From the NCBI GenBank assembly GCA_002269645.1, contig NIVC01001711.1:148028-212027 (forward strand): a stretch of 64,000 nucleotides of DNA, written 5' to 3'. Positions 19,566 to 30,330 of this stretch are shown in pieces (within the stretch, counting starts at the first letter, position 1; each line of letters starts with the position of its first letter). The notes under the pieces are model-generated. The model made no database searches, was not told the origin of the DNA, and saw only the letters and a list, made by a program, of their open reading frames with translations. The DNA comes from Macrostomum lignano. Its lineage: Eukaryota. Both the position numbers and the translations under genes were made by a program.

Positions 19566-20701
19566 ATGGCTACCATGCATCTCTTTCTGCCTAGCAATGC
19601 GTGCCCCGAGCACTATCCCGAAAATAATCCGGCTCATTATTTTATTAATTTACCGGATACTCTCCACTTTCCGAATCATGAGGTTTGCCTCGAACGGATC
19701 TACTTTACCAAAGAATTTGAATCTTTCAAAAAATCTATACCGATCACCATTCGCGAACAGGAGGGCCTCTTGACGGCTTCGTCGTTTGCAAAGATTTGTC
19801 TCGCAGCGGGTCTGAAAACCCCTGAAGAATGTATTTCCGGCTTTCTAAACGGTATCCGATACGTTGAAGGGGATAATAAGAAAATTGTCTTTTTAAGAAC
19901 ATCCCCAACCGCCTTTATGATTGTGAATACTTCAAAATCCACCGTCGGCATCAAATTCCCGGATACCTACCCAAGGTGTTTAAACTAGTCGCCGGCTTCG
20001 AGTCTAATGAGGATCTACCTACTGAACTCGTATTACACGCGGGGTGTGCAGCCTCCATCACCGCAGTTGTTGAGGAACCGACTGTACAGTCAATGGACCA
20101 TGCTCCAATAATAAGACAAGTTACTAGCGCAGCGTCTGATCAAATCTTTTTTATGCGGGGAGGATACTATAGTACACCTAAAAGATTGGTGGAGGAACTC
20201 AACGATATAATTTGGAAACATATCAAAGATCTCATAGCGGCTCCAGCACCTAGAACGGACTTTTTCAGATACAGCGAAGTTACGAATAGGTGTTATTACA
20301 TTGGCTCGACGGATTACATGTTTGGCTGGGGCGCTTGACCAGCGTGCTTGGTTTCCCAGAGCATGATTATACAACCCCATTTTTCGGTATATCGGAATTC
20401 TACGCAAACGCATCAATGGAATTAACCGGTGGAATACAAACAATGTACATCTATTCGAGCATAGTCGATTCTGTTATTGTAGGAGACGTTAAAGTTCCTC
20501 TGTTGGGAGCTATACCGATGGATCCCAAAGTTCAGGGCGGTCGCGAGTACTACGAGTTTGTCAATCCGGCATATCTACCACTGGTTAAGCACCCATTCAA
20601 AACTATTGAAGTACAAATTAACGATGATATGGGCAGGGATATGACAAAAGTAATGAGGGAAGACCGTCTTGAGCGTTAACATCCGCGAAAAGAAGCTATA
20701 A
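19566..20701 (+). pseudogene. Minor capsid (penton, single jelly-roll) gene with three frameshifts
   Basis: N-terminal HLFLPSNACPEHYPENNPAHYFINLP and C-terminal MYIYSSIVDSVIVGDVKVPLLGAI...YYEFVNPAYLPL...IEVQINDD. Frame breaks near 19970, 20330 (GGGG run) and about 20650, after which GKTVLSVNIREKKL* ends at 20701. Confidence 0.85.
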
Positions 20702-20744
20702 ATAAACAACACAGCCTCAGTAAACTATATCCTAGTGCTTAATC

Positions 20745-21089
20745 ATGCCTTCTATTCTGATTGGTGGAGCTTTGCCTGTTTTCGCAGGCGCCCAGAGGGG
20801 CAACGGTTTGTTTGGAAGCATTGCCCGCTTCGCGCTGCCAATTCTAAAGAGTTTTGGTAAAAACATTCTCCGTCATGGTACTAGAGCCCTAGCAACTACG
20901 GTTAACGATAGCCTCGAGCAAGGAGGCAATTTGAAAGAGTCTGTCCTGCGCAATTCTGTTCAGGCTTCCAAGGACGCCTTTAAAGACACGGTTACCCAAA
21001 GGGATAGCGGACGAAGAAGAAAAAAGGCTCCGAAGCGTCTCAATTCAGACATTTTCAGCACTATAAATAAAAAGCCCCGCTTCAATTAG
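20745..21089 (+). CDS. Core protein (pVII-like) with QRGNG motif
   Basis: FAGAQRGNGLFGSIARFALPILKSFGK amphipathic segment and basic tail RRRKKAPKR; it lies just upstream of the MCP, as in Mavericks. Confidence 0.75.
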   Translation: MPSILIGGALPVFAGAQRGNGLFGSIARFALPILKSFGKNILRHGTRALATTVNDSLEQGGNLKESVLRNSVQASKDAFKDTVTQRDSGRRRKKAPKRLNSDIFSTINKKPRFN

Positions 21090-21118
21090 ATTCGCCGAAT
21101 CGAGTCTGTCTACTAAAC

Positions 21119-22401
21119 ATGTCCGAGTGTCTGTGTACAAAGTCCGAGTTTGAGCTCTTTGCCCCTCGAGCCCACCAGATTGCCGCTGTAGGTTCAACTA
21201 CTGAAGAAATCCACCCGGTTGCCAGCGTCGAAAATGCGAGTGTGGTCGAGTTTAGAATTGTGGGCGGCGAGACGTTTGTCGATCTTAATGACATTGATCT
21301 CGAGATTAAAGGTTGTATTAAGAGAGCTAATGGAGCCGATTTGGCGGCGGATTCAAACGTGGCGCCAATCAATTACCTCTTGGAGACCATGTTCAAAAAC
21401 GTGTCTCTTTCCATAAATGGTACACATATCGAGTCTAGCAACAACAACCACGCCTACAAGGCGTACATTCGTACATGCTTGAGTTATGGGTCTGATTCAA
21501 AGTCTAACCAACTGCGGATGATGGGCTACGCTAAAGACGCTGGGGGTCAAATGGCTGCGGTTGGAAATCCTGGCTTTGTAACTCGCAAGGCGATGGCTGC
21601 CGGTTCTCGAACATTTCATCTGTATGGCCCTCTTAGTCTCGACTTTTTTGTCACCAACGATCGTATGCTGCTACCCTACACTGATATGGTGGTTACGCTC
21701 ACTCTGCAAAATTCTGGATTCGTTGTGGAGAATCACGCCGAAGGGGTTGATGCAAAGTTGGTTCTTCAAAGTGCAAAATTACACGTTCGTCGGGTAAAGG
21801 CTAACCCCCAACTGGCCTTGGAGATTGAAGAACAGCTGTCAACTCAGAATGCAGTCTACCCCATCGAGCGCCTCGTTGTACACAACACCTCTGTCGCTGT
21901 AGGAGTTCGCGACGTGTCAATCAATAATATTTTCCCGGAGCAGAAGCCCAAACTTGTCATTATGGGGATGGTAAATAGTGCCGCATATAACGGGGTGGCC
22001 ACCCATAATCCGTTCAATTTCGAGCCATTTGGGGCGGACAGTGTGGCCCTGTACAAGGACGGGTCAGCCTGTGCGGTCAACCATTCACTCCAAGGTTCGC
22101 TGCCCAAAACTATGCTCGCGAATACGCCATGCTGTTTAAGAGCCTAGGGAAAATGAATCGTGATTTGGACATTGACCTGTCATATTCGGATTATCGCGCT
22201 GGTTACTGTTTATTTGCGTGGAATCTAATGCCCGACATGGAACTGGGTGGACATAGCATGCCTCGCGAGAGAGGGAATCTTACCCTACAGATAAAGTTTT
22301 CTGCAGCCCTACCTGCCGGGATTAACGCTTTGGTGTTTGGTTACTTTGACAACGCGGTGCAAATCACTAGAGGCCGCCAGCCCATTCTGGACTACGTATG
22401 A
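21119..22401 (+). pseudogene. Major capsid protein (double jelly-roll, Maverick PY type) with one frameshift
   Basis: CLCTKSEFELF...IHPVAS..VVEFRI..FVDLNDI start, AYKAYIRTCLSY and HNPFNFEPF. A 1-nt loss at about 22074 shifts into GQPFTPRFAAQNYAREYAMLFKSLG...YRAGYCLFAWNLMPD...GNLTLQIKFSAALP. Confidence 0.9.
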
Positions 22402-22835
22402 ACACGTTGGAAATTTTGGAACGTTTAAAACTACCTGTGGAAGTGCGCGTTTGCCCTCTTGACAGAATTCCTGCACCTGTTTACCCTGCTGCATATGTAA
22501 TTAATTTTGACACGGGTAATCTGCCGGGCACCCACTGGGGACTGATTTGCCTACACGATGATAAGAGTGTGACATTTTTTGACCCCCTGTGTATTGAACC
22601 CGTGCCGGAATTGCTCTCGGCTTGGATCTCGAAGCATGTACATTCACCTGTTGCTATGAATCGCCACCCTGTTCAACACCCTCTAAGTGTAGCGTGTGGG
22701 CCGCATGTGATTTTTGTGGCCGAAAAGCACTTTTTAGAGGGGTTGTCGATTGAAAAGATTTTAAGGGAATGTTACTCTACCAATCTGCTTGAAAATTATT
22801 TGATGGTTCGAAAACATGTTCTACGAATAAAATAG
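22398..22835 (+). CDS. Adenain-like cysteine maturation protease
   Basis: GTHWGLI (His), TFFDPL (Asp), QHPLSVACGPHVI (Gln/Cys); ATGA overlap with the MCP stop. Confidence 0.9.
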   Translation: MNTLEILERLKLPVEVRVCPLDRIPAPVYPAAYVINFDTGNLPGTHWGLICLHDDKSVTFFDPLCIEPVPELLSAWISKHVHSPVAMNRHPVQHPLSVACGPHVIFVAEKHFLEGLSIEKILRECYSTNLLENYLMVRKHVLRIK

Positions 22836-22869
22836 TTTTTAATATTTGGAGTGTCAACTCGCCCTGAAA

Positions 22870-23499
22870 ATGTACCAAACAATTGATCCTGACGCTCTAC
22901 AGTTTGCTCCAAATACTTCGGCGATTTTTGCTGGTGTTAACCAGAGCGGAAAAACAACTCTTGTTAAAGAATTGCTGCGAAACGAGTTTTTTCAGGACCC
23001 TAAGCCTGTTCGCATTGATTGGTTTGGGCACTATCCAGACCCGGAACTGTTTGAATTACCGTACCCTGTCAATTTTCGCTCGTCTACATTTAACCCTGAA
23101 ACCTATGTTCCCGCTCCGAATATTCTACTCGTTGTCGATGATCAAATGCACGCCATGGAAAAAAACGCTGCTTTTACCGCATTTTTCACTCGCAAAGTCA
23201 GCCATGTGGGATTCCGGCTTTGGTACCTTGTACAAAACCTGTTTGCCAAGGGCAAGGAGCACCGCACTCAATCCCTTAACGCAAACTACCTTGTATTGTT
23301 CCGCAATGTACGGGACGTTAGTACAGTCGCCCATATTGCAAAGCAGCTTGTCCCCGCTAACCCAAAAAGTTTTGTTCAAATGTACGAAGACGCCACTAGG
23401 GAGCCCTACTCCTACCTGATTGTTAATTGCTTGCAGAACGCATCTGTTCGCTACTATGCTAATGTGTTGGGGCGCTACCCCGTAGTTTATGCTAAATAA
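22870..23499 (+). CDS. A32/FtsK-like packaging ATPase
   Basis: Walker A GVNQSGKTT, Walker B LLVVDD, and WYLVQNLF...RTQSLNANYLVLFRNVRD...EDATREPYSYLIV. Intact; AATAAA at the stop. Confidence 0.95.
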   Translation: MYQTIDPDALQFAPNTSAIFAGVNQSGKTTLVKELLRNEFFQDPKPVRIDWFGHYPDPELFELPYPVNFRSSTFNPETYVPAPNILLVVDDQMHAMEKNAAFTAFFTRKVSHVGFRLWYLVQNLFAKGKEHRTQSLNANYLVLFRNVRDVSTVAHIAKQLVPANPKSFVQMYEDATREPYSYLIVNCLQNASVRYYANVLGRYPVVYAK

Positions 23500-23790
23500 A
23501 ACACTGTTGGAGAGCTTTGCTCTGTTTGCCGGATGGCCTGAACCTGAAACAACTGAATTACGTGTTTTTTCTTTTCAATTCCTCTGCAGCCTGGGGGCTC
23601 TCTATCACTCACCGCCGGTCTGTCCCTCTACCACCCCGGCCTGGGGAAGCTCTCTGTCCCTCCGTGTGACTCAGGCGGCGCAGGGTGCCTCCACGCACTC
23701 TCTGTCCCAGCACCCCGTGTCTCTCTGTACCCCGCCTCATACTGCTACAGGGGGCCGCCTGTTATCTGTCCCCTGCTACAGGGGGGATGG

Positions 23791-24177
23791 CGGCTCTCCA
23801 CGCACTACCCCTCCTGCTACAGGGGCTGCTCTCTGTCCCCAGCTACAGGGCTGCATGCTCACTGTACAGGGCTGCGTCAGCATCGGGGTTCCCCCAACAC
23901 TAACCGCGTGCACACGAGTGGGAATCCCCCCGCCGGATGTACACCCCGAGGGAGGCCCACCCCGCTGGAGGTACACTCGCTGGACGCCCACCCTGCCGGA
24001 TGTACACTCGCGGGAGGCCCACCCCGCTGGAGGTACACTCGCTGGACGCCCACCCCGCTGGAGGTACACCCCGGGGGAGGTGGTACACCCCGAGGGAGCA
24101 TCTTGCCGCGGTGCTAGAGGCCGACATCAGCCCGACGGACCTTCGCAAAACGCCCGGATCTGCCAGTCCTTAGTAGT
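23791..24177 (-). repeat. Right terminal inverted repeat (387 bp)
   Basis: Inverse of 13874-14223 with one extra 31-bp unit and a 6-nt insertion. Confidence 0.95.
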
Positions 24178-25059
24178 AAATAAAGTCTTATAGCAAATCG
24201 GTTAGAGTAAAAAGTTATGACATAATCAATTTCTCAGTCAGCCAGTATCAGTGTCAATTTAAGTTAGCAATATTGTTACGCAAGTTAAATCAAGTTTTGT
24301 GTGCATTTCTTTGGCACTGTTTTCAACTGGTTGTGATGTAATCCTTATCACAATTGGAATTCAGTCAGTTAGTTTTTTCTCTAGCATTCTTACAATGCAT
24401 TTCAGGTCGAAAGAGCTGCTTGACCTTTGCAAAAAAGCATGTTTTTCGAATATTTAATCCCTTTAATATTGAGCGATTTCTTAGCCAAGATGCTTGTACC
24501 GTCCCAGGAAAATTTCTGATCGAATGGTGCAAGTTTGAAGAAAATCGGTTGAGCCAATTTTTCTGAAATCAATCGCATACCCATATACATACAGACAACT
24601 CATTTTAATAAATAGTACTAGCAATCTTCGCCCCCCGTTGGGGGACATCTGGATAGAATCTCTGTTCTCTACAAGTAACAAAAAGACAGCCAAATAAAGC
24701 CTTCACAAAGACAACAGACAAACTGCTCAAATAAAGTGTAATGCAAAAAGAAATCATCCCAAGACAGCAAGCATCCCCCAGATAGCAAGCATCCCCCAGA
24801 TTGCAAGCATCCCCCAGATAGCAAGCATCCCCCAGATAGCAAGCATCCTCCAAATAGCAAGCATCCCCAGATAGCAAGCATCCCCCAGATAGGAAGCATC
24901 TCCCCTCCCGGATAGCAAGCATCCCCCAGATAGCAAGCATCCCCAAATAGTAAGCATCCACCAGACAATAAGTAGCTAATGCAACAATTTCCTTAGCTCT
25001 ATAGTGGCTCCTTTAAAATTGGCATGACGCTTAGTTTTACGTTTGAAATTGTGTATCTT

Positions 25060-26500
25060 TTATGTTTGACATGGTGGCTCTTTTATGTTCGACATGATGG
25101 CTCTTTAATGTTTGACATGAAGTCATATATATGTTAGACATGGTGGCTCTTTAATGTTGGACATGGTGGCTCTTTAATGTTAGACATGGTGGCTCTTTAA
25201 TGTTAGACATGGTGGCTCTTTAATGTTCGACATGATGGCTCTTTAATGTTAGACATGGTGGCTCTTTAATGTTAGACATGGTGGCTCTTTAATGTTCGAC
25301 ATGGTGGCTCTTTAATGTTCGACATGGTGGCTCTAATGTTTTACATGGTGGCTCTTTAATGTTCGACATGGTGGCTCTTTAATGTTAGACATGGTGGCTG
25401 TTTAATTTTTTACGATGGTGGCTCTTTAATGTTCGACATGGTGCCTCTTTAATGTTTGACATGGTGGTCCTTTTATGTTTGACGTGGTGGCTCTTTTATG
25501 TTTGACATGATGGTTCTTTAATGTTTGACATGGAGTCACATATACGTTGAACATGGTGGCTCCTTAATGTTCGACATGGTGGCTCTATAATGTTCGACAA
25601 GGTGGCACTTTAATGTTCGACATGGTTCCTCTTTCAGGTTTGACATGGTGGTCCTTTTATGTTTTACATGGTGGCTCTTTTATGTTTGACATGATGGCTC
25701 TTTAATGTTTGACATGGAGTCACATATATGTTGGACATGGTGGCTCTTTAATGTTCGACATGGTGGCTCTATAGTGTTCGACATGGTGGCTCTTTAATGT
25801 TCGACATGGTGGCTCTTTAATGTTAGACATGGTGGCTCTTTAATGTTCGACATGGTGGCTCTAATGTTTGACATTGTGGCTCTTTAATGTTTGACATGGT
25901 GGCTCTTTTATGTTTGACATGGTTGTACTTTTATGTTTGACATGGTGGCTCTTTTATGTTCGACATGATGGCTTTTTAATGTTTGACATGAAGTCACATA
26001 TATGTTAGACATGGTGGCTCTTTAATGTTAGACATGGTGGCTCTTTAATGTTAGACATGGTGGCTCTTTAATGTTAGACATGGTGGCTCTTTAATGTTCG
26101 ACATGGTGGCTCTTTAATGTTCGACATGGTGGCTCTTTAATGTTCGACATGGTGGCTCTTTATTGTTAGACATGGTGGCTCTTTAATGTTCGACATGGTG
26201 GCTCTAATGTTTGACATTGTGGCTCTTTAATGTTTGACATGGTGGCTCTTTTATGTTTGACATGGTGCTCCTTTTATGTTAGACATGGTGGCTCTTTAAT
26301 GTTCGACATGGTGGCACTTTAATGTTAGACATGGTGGCTCTTTAATGTTCGACATGGTGGCTCTTTAATGTTCGACATGGTGGCTCTTTAATGTTAGACA
26401 TGGTGGCTCTTTAATGTTAGTTATGGTGGCTCTTTAATGTTCGACATGGTGGCTCTTTAATGTTTGACATGGTGGCTCTTTAATGTTTGACATTGTGCTT
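25060..26500. repeat. 22-bp satellite GACATGGTGGCTCTTTAATGTT
   Basis: Tandem copies; 24181 to about 26050 is nearly identical to 9991 to about 11860. Confidence 0.97.
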
Positions 26501-26565
26501 TTTTGTGTTTAGCATTTTCTGTTTTTAAGCTTTTTGAATAAAAAAATCTTCTTCTTGCACTACTA

Positions 26566-26627
26566 AGATTCGAACCCAGGTCGCTGCATTAGCAGTCCAG
26601 TCTGTTTGCATCTATGCCCAATTGTCA
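26566..26627 (-). pseudogene. tRNA-Ser(GCT)-like relic, copy 3 (diverged)
   Basis: AAGATTCGAACCCAGGTCGCTGCATTAGCAGTCCAG on plus, as in copies 1 and 2. Confidence 0.55.
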
Positions 26628-27639
26628 ATTGGAGAACATGAATTGTGGCCCTAATAATTAAATTCTTATAGCAAATCGGTTGGAGTAAAAAGTTATGACA
26701 TAATCAATTTCTCAATCAGCCAGTATCAGTGTCAATTTAAGTTAGCAATATTGTTACGCAATCTAAATCAAGTTTTGTGTGCATTTCTTTGGCACTGTTT
26801 TCAACTGGTTGTGATGTAATCCTTATCACTATTGGAATTCAGTCAGTCAGTTTTTTCTCTAGCATTCTTACAATGCATTTCAGGTCGAAAGATCTGCTTG
26901 ACCTTTGCAAAAAAAGCATGTTTTTCGAATATTTAATCCCTTTAACATTGAGCAATTTCTTAGCCAAGATGCATGTACCGTCCCAGGAAAATTTCTGATC
27001 GAATGGTGCAAGTTTGAAGAAAATCGGTTGAGCCAATTTTTCTGAAATCAATCGCATACCCATATACATACAGACAACTCATTTTTAGTATATAGGACTA
27101 GCCATTTAGCCCCCCGCTGGGGGGCCTAATGTGACGACAACGATTGGTTTTTATTTTGGCCCAAGAGTAACCATTAATTTCCATTTCCATTAATCAAAAA
27201 ATACGTTTTCTGATTTTGGCAAAAATAAATTGCCATGAATCAAAACTTTTACCAGTCAAAAATGTTTCCTTCAGCCCAAAACCCTATTTCAATCAGCAAA
27301 TAGTGCTTATCCTTTCAAGGACAAACTCTTAGTGAATATCGTCATTGGCGTGGGCATGTTCTGGTCCGCAGCAGGAGCTCAATACGCCAATCCCTGACGG
27401 CCTTAGACCCATCTTTATTAGCCTAAGTCAAAGAACCATCAACCATTAACCTTCAATAAATACGCCGGTGTTTCCTATATTTCCTATTAGCAGAAATCAG
27501 CATCACTTGCGTGTACTATTTCAATATCTAAATTAAATGAGCTACTTGAGCCGTACTACTTGACAATCTGACAATCGCTCAACAATCTAACTCCCTACCC
27601 CCAACAATTCAGCCATCCCCCGAGCAGCAGTTATACTTA

Positions 27640-29420
27640 ACCCTTGATATCTCAGCAGTTCCCCCAGTAAGCCTTGGCATCTCAAAAACTTCCTGAGTAG
27701 GCCTTAACATCTCAGCAATTTCCCCATTAAGCCTTGGCATCTAAAAAATTTCCTCAGTAAGCCTTGGCATCTAATAAGCCTTGAAATCTGAGGAATTCCC
27801 CTAGTAAGCCTTGAAATCTAAGCATTCCCCCAGTAAGCCTTGAAATCTCAGCATTCCCCCAGTAAGCCTTGAAATCTCAGCATTCCCCCAGTAAGCCTTG
27901 AAATCTAAGCATTCCTCCAGTAAGCCTTGAAATCTAAGCATTCCCCAAGAAAGCCTTCACATCTTAGCAATTCCCAGTAAGACTTGACAACTCATCAATT
28001 CCCCCGGAAAGCCTTAACATCTCAGCAGTTCCCCCATTTAGCATCGACATCGCAGCAATTAAACTCGAGCCTTGACATCTACGCTCTGATTAAGCCTTGA
28101 CATCCCAACAACCCAACTCCCCTCCCCCAAGAATTCAGCTATCCCCTTATGAGGCTTGAAATCTCAGCAATTTCTTCATGAGCCTTGTCAACTCAGCGAT
28201 TCCATCCATGAGCTTTGATATCTTAGCAACTCCCATCTTAGCAAGTCTTTAGTTGATGGCAAGTCCTTCGTTGATGGTTAACAGAGTGGTTATTCTATGA
28301 TTGAACCAAAACTGACCCTAAGCCCCTAACCCTAACTCATAAGTGAGTCTTATCGTGTTAGCATCCCCCATGTGCCTTGAGCCTCGGATTTAAAATAACT
28401 TCCTTATCAGCTTTGAAATCAAAATTTCACCGAAAGCCTTGAACTGTCAGCAATTCCCGAAGAGCCAAAGCATATAACTAATTCGCCCCTTTAATCCTAG
28501 CAATTCCTTGATGAATCATTGATGATTGACACGACGATCGCTCTATAATTGAACTCAAACCCTAACCCTTAACCTGCAGCCGAGTCACAGCATTTCAGCA
28601 ACTCCTTCTCAGCTTAAGAATTTCAGCAATTCCCCAATGAGCTTTTGAAATCTTAGCAATTTCCCCATGAGCATGAAAATTTAGCGACTAACCTTTTGAT
28701 ATCCTGGCACTTTCACATGAGTCTTATGGTTGAAAACTAACCCTGCAAGTCACAGCATTTCAGCAATTCCCACTGTAAACCAAAGCATTTCAACAAATAC
28801 CCAATGAACCTTGACATTTCGTGAATTTCAGCTATTCGCTTTAGGAGCCTTTGAAATCTCACTCATTCCCCTGTGAACCTTAGCATCTCAGCAATACCCA
28901 AGAGTCACAGCCTACAGCATTACAGGGATCCCCCGTGAGCTTTGAAATCTCAGCTAGTCCCCAATGAGCCTTGATATCTCAGCAACTCCTATTTGAGCCA
29001 CAAAATTTCGGCAAAATGAGCAATTGCAATCACAACAATCCCCCTGGGCATTGAGCCACATTATAATTCGGATTTCTCCCCATGAGCCTTGACAACTTAG
29101 CAATTCCCCAATGAGTATTTAATGTTAGACAGGCCTATTCATTTATATGGTTTAGGTCTTAATCTTACCCTAATAATGTCGGCAATTCCCCCAACAGCCA
29201 CAGCATTCCAGAAATTATCTCCATGAGCCTTGACAGCAAATAATTTTAATGAGCCTTGATACCTCAGCAATTTCTCAAATGAACTTTGAAATCAAAGCAA
29301 TTCTGCCCAGAATCACATCAGTATAGGAATTACCGCTGAGCCATGAGATCTTAGAAATTCTCCCATGAGTCTTGATATCACAGACATTTCCCATACCATC
29401 CCTGACATCTTAGCAATTCA
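27640..29420. repeat. Degenerate minisatellite (CAGCATTCCCCCAGTAAGCCTTGAAATCT-like, ~29-bp core)
   Basis: Near-perfect copies at about 27780-27960 that decay outward. Confidence 0.75.
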
Positions 29421-29519
29421 CATTGAGTGTTTTATTCTCGATAGACCGCTTCTTTTATGGTTGACATGGTGATTCTTTTGTCGCTTTTTCTTGTGTTGAG
29501 TTTTCTTCTGTTTAAAGTA

Positions 29520-30330
29520 GCATTTATTTAAAACTTACAGTGGTTCACCATCACTTTAGCAATGGTTCACCATCACTTTAGCAATGGTTTGCCATCACTT
29601 TAGCAATAGTTTACCATCACTTTAGCATCTCTTTAGCACTGGTTCACCAGCAGTTTAGCAATGCTTCACCAGCAGTTTAGCAATGCTTCACCAGCAGTTT
29701 AGCAATGCTTCACCAGCAGTTTAGCAATGCTTCACCAGCAGTTTAGCAATGCTTCACCAGCAGTTTAGCAATGCTTCACCAGCAGTTTAACAATGCTTCA
29801 CCAGCAGTTTAGCAATGCTTCACCAGCAGTTTAGCAATGCTTCACCAGCAGTTTAGCAATGCTTCACCAGCAGTTTAGCAATGCTTCACCAGCAGTTTAG
29901 CAATGCTTCACCAGCAGTTTAGCAATGCTTCACCAGCAGTTTAGCAATGCTTCACCAGCAGTTTAGCAATGCTTCACCAGCAGTTTAACAATGCTTCACC
30001 AGCAGTTTAGCAATGCTTCACCAGCAGTTTAGCAATGCTTCACCAGCAGTTTAGCAATGCTTCACCAGCAGTTTAGCAATGCTTCACCAGCAGTTTAGCA
30101 ATGCTTCACCATCACTTTAGCAATGGTTTGCCATCACTTTAGCAATAGTTTACCATCACTTTAGCAATAGTTTACCATCACTTTAGCAATGGTTTACCAT
30201 CACTTTAGCAATGCTTCACCAGCAGTTTAACAATGCTTCACCAGCAGTTTAACAATGGTTCACCAGCAGTTTAGCAATGCTTCACCAGCAGTTTAGCAAT
30301 GCTTCACCAGTAGTTTAGCAATGCTTCACC
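29520..30330. repeat. 22-bp satellite TTCACCAGCAGTTTAGCAATGC
   Basis: About 35 tandem, mostly perfect copies. Confidence 0.97.

Larger units (their letters stand above)
13874..24177 (+). mobile_element. Maverick/Polinton-like endogenous virus, 10.3 kb, lacking pPolB
   Basis: TIRs begin ACTACTAAGGACTGGCAGATCC and end GGATCTGCCAGTCCTTAGTAGT. The flanks are duplicated (TAAAGTC at 13867-13873 and 24181-24187) and an uninterrupted copy of the site is at 9988-9997. The element carries integrase, MCP, penton, protease and ATPase genes. Confidence 0.95.

Noticed and set aside
26558-26567. CACTACTAAG matching the Maverick left junction
   Set aside because: Only a 10-nt match, with no further TIR similarity or duplication; plausibly chance.
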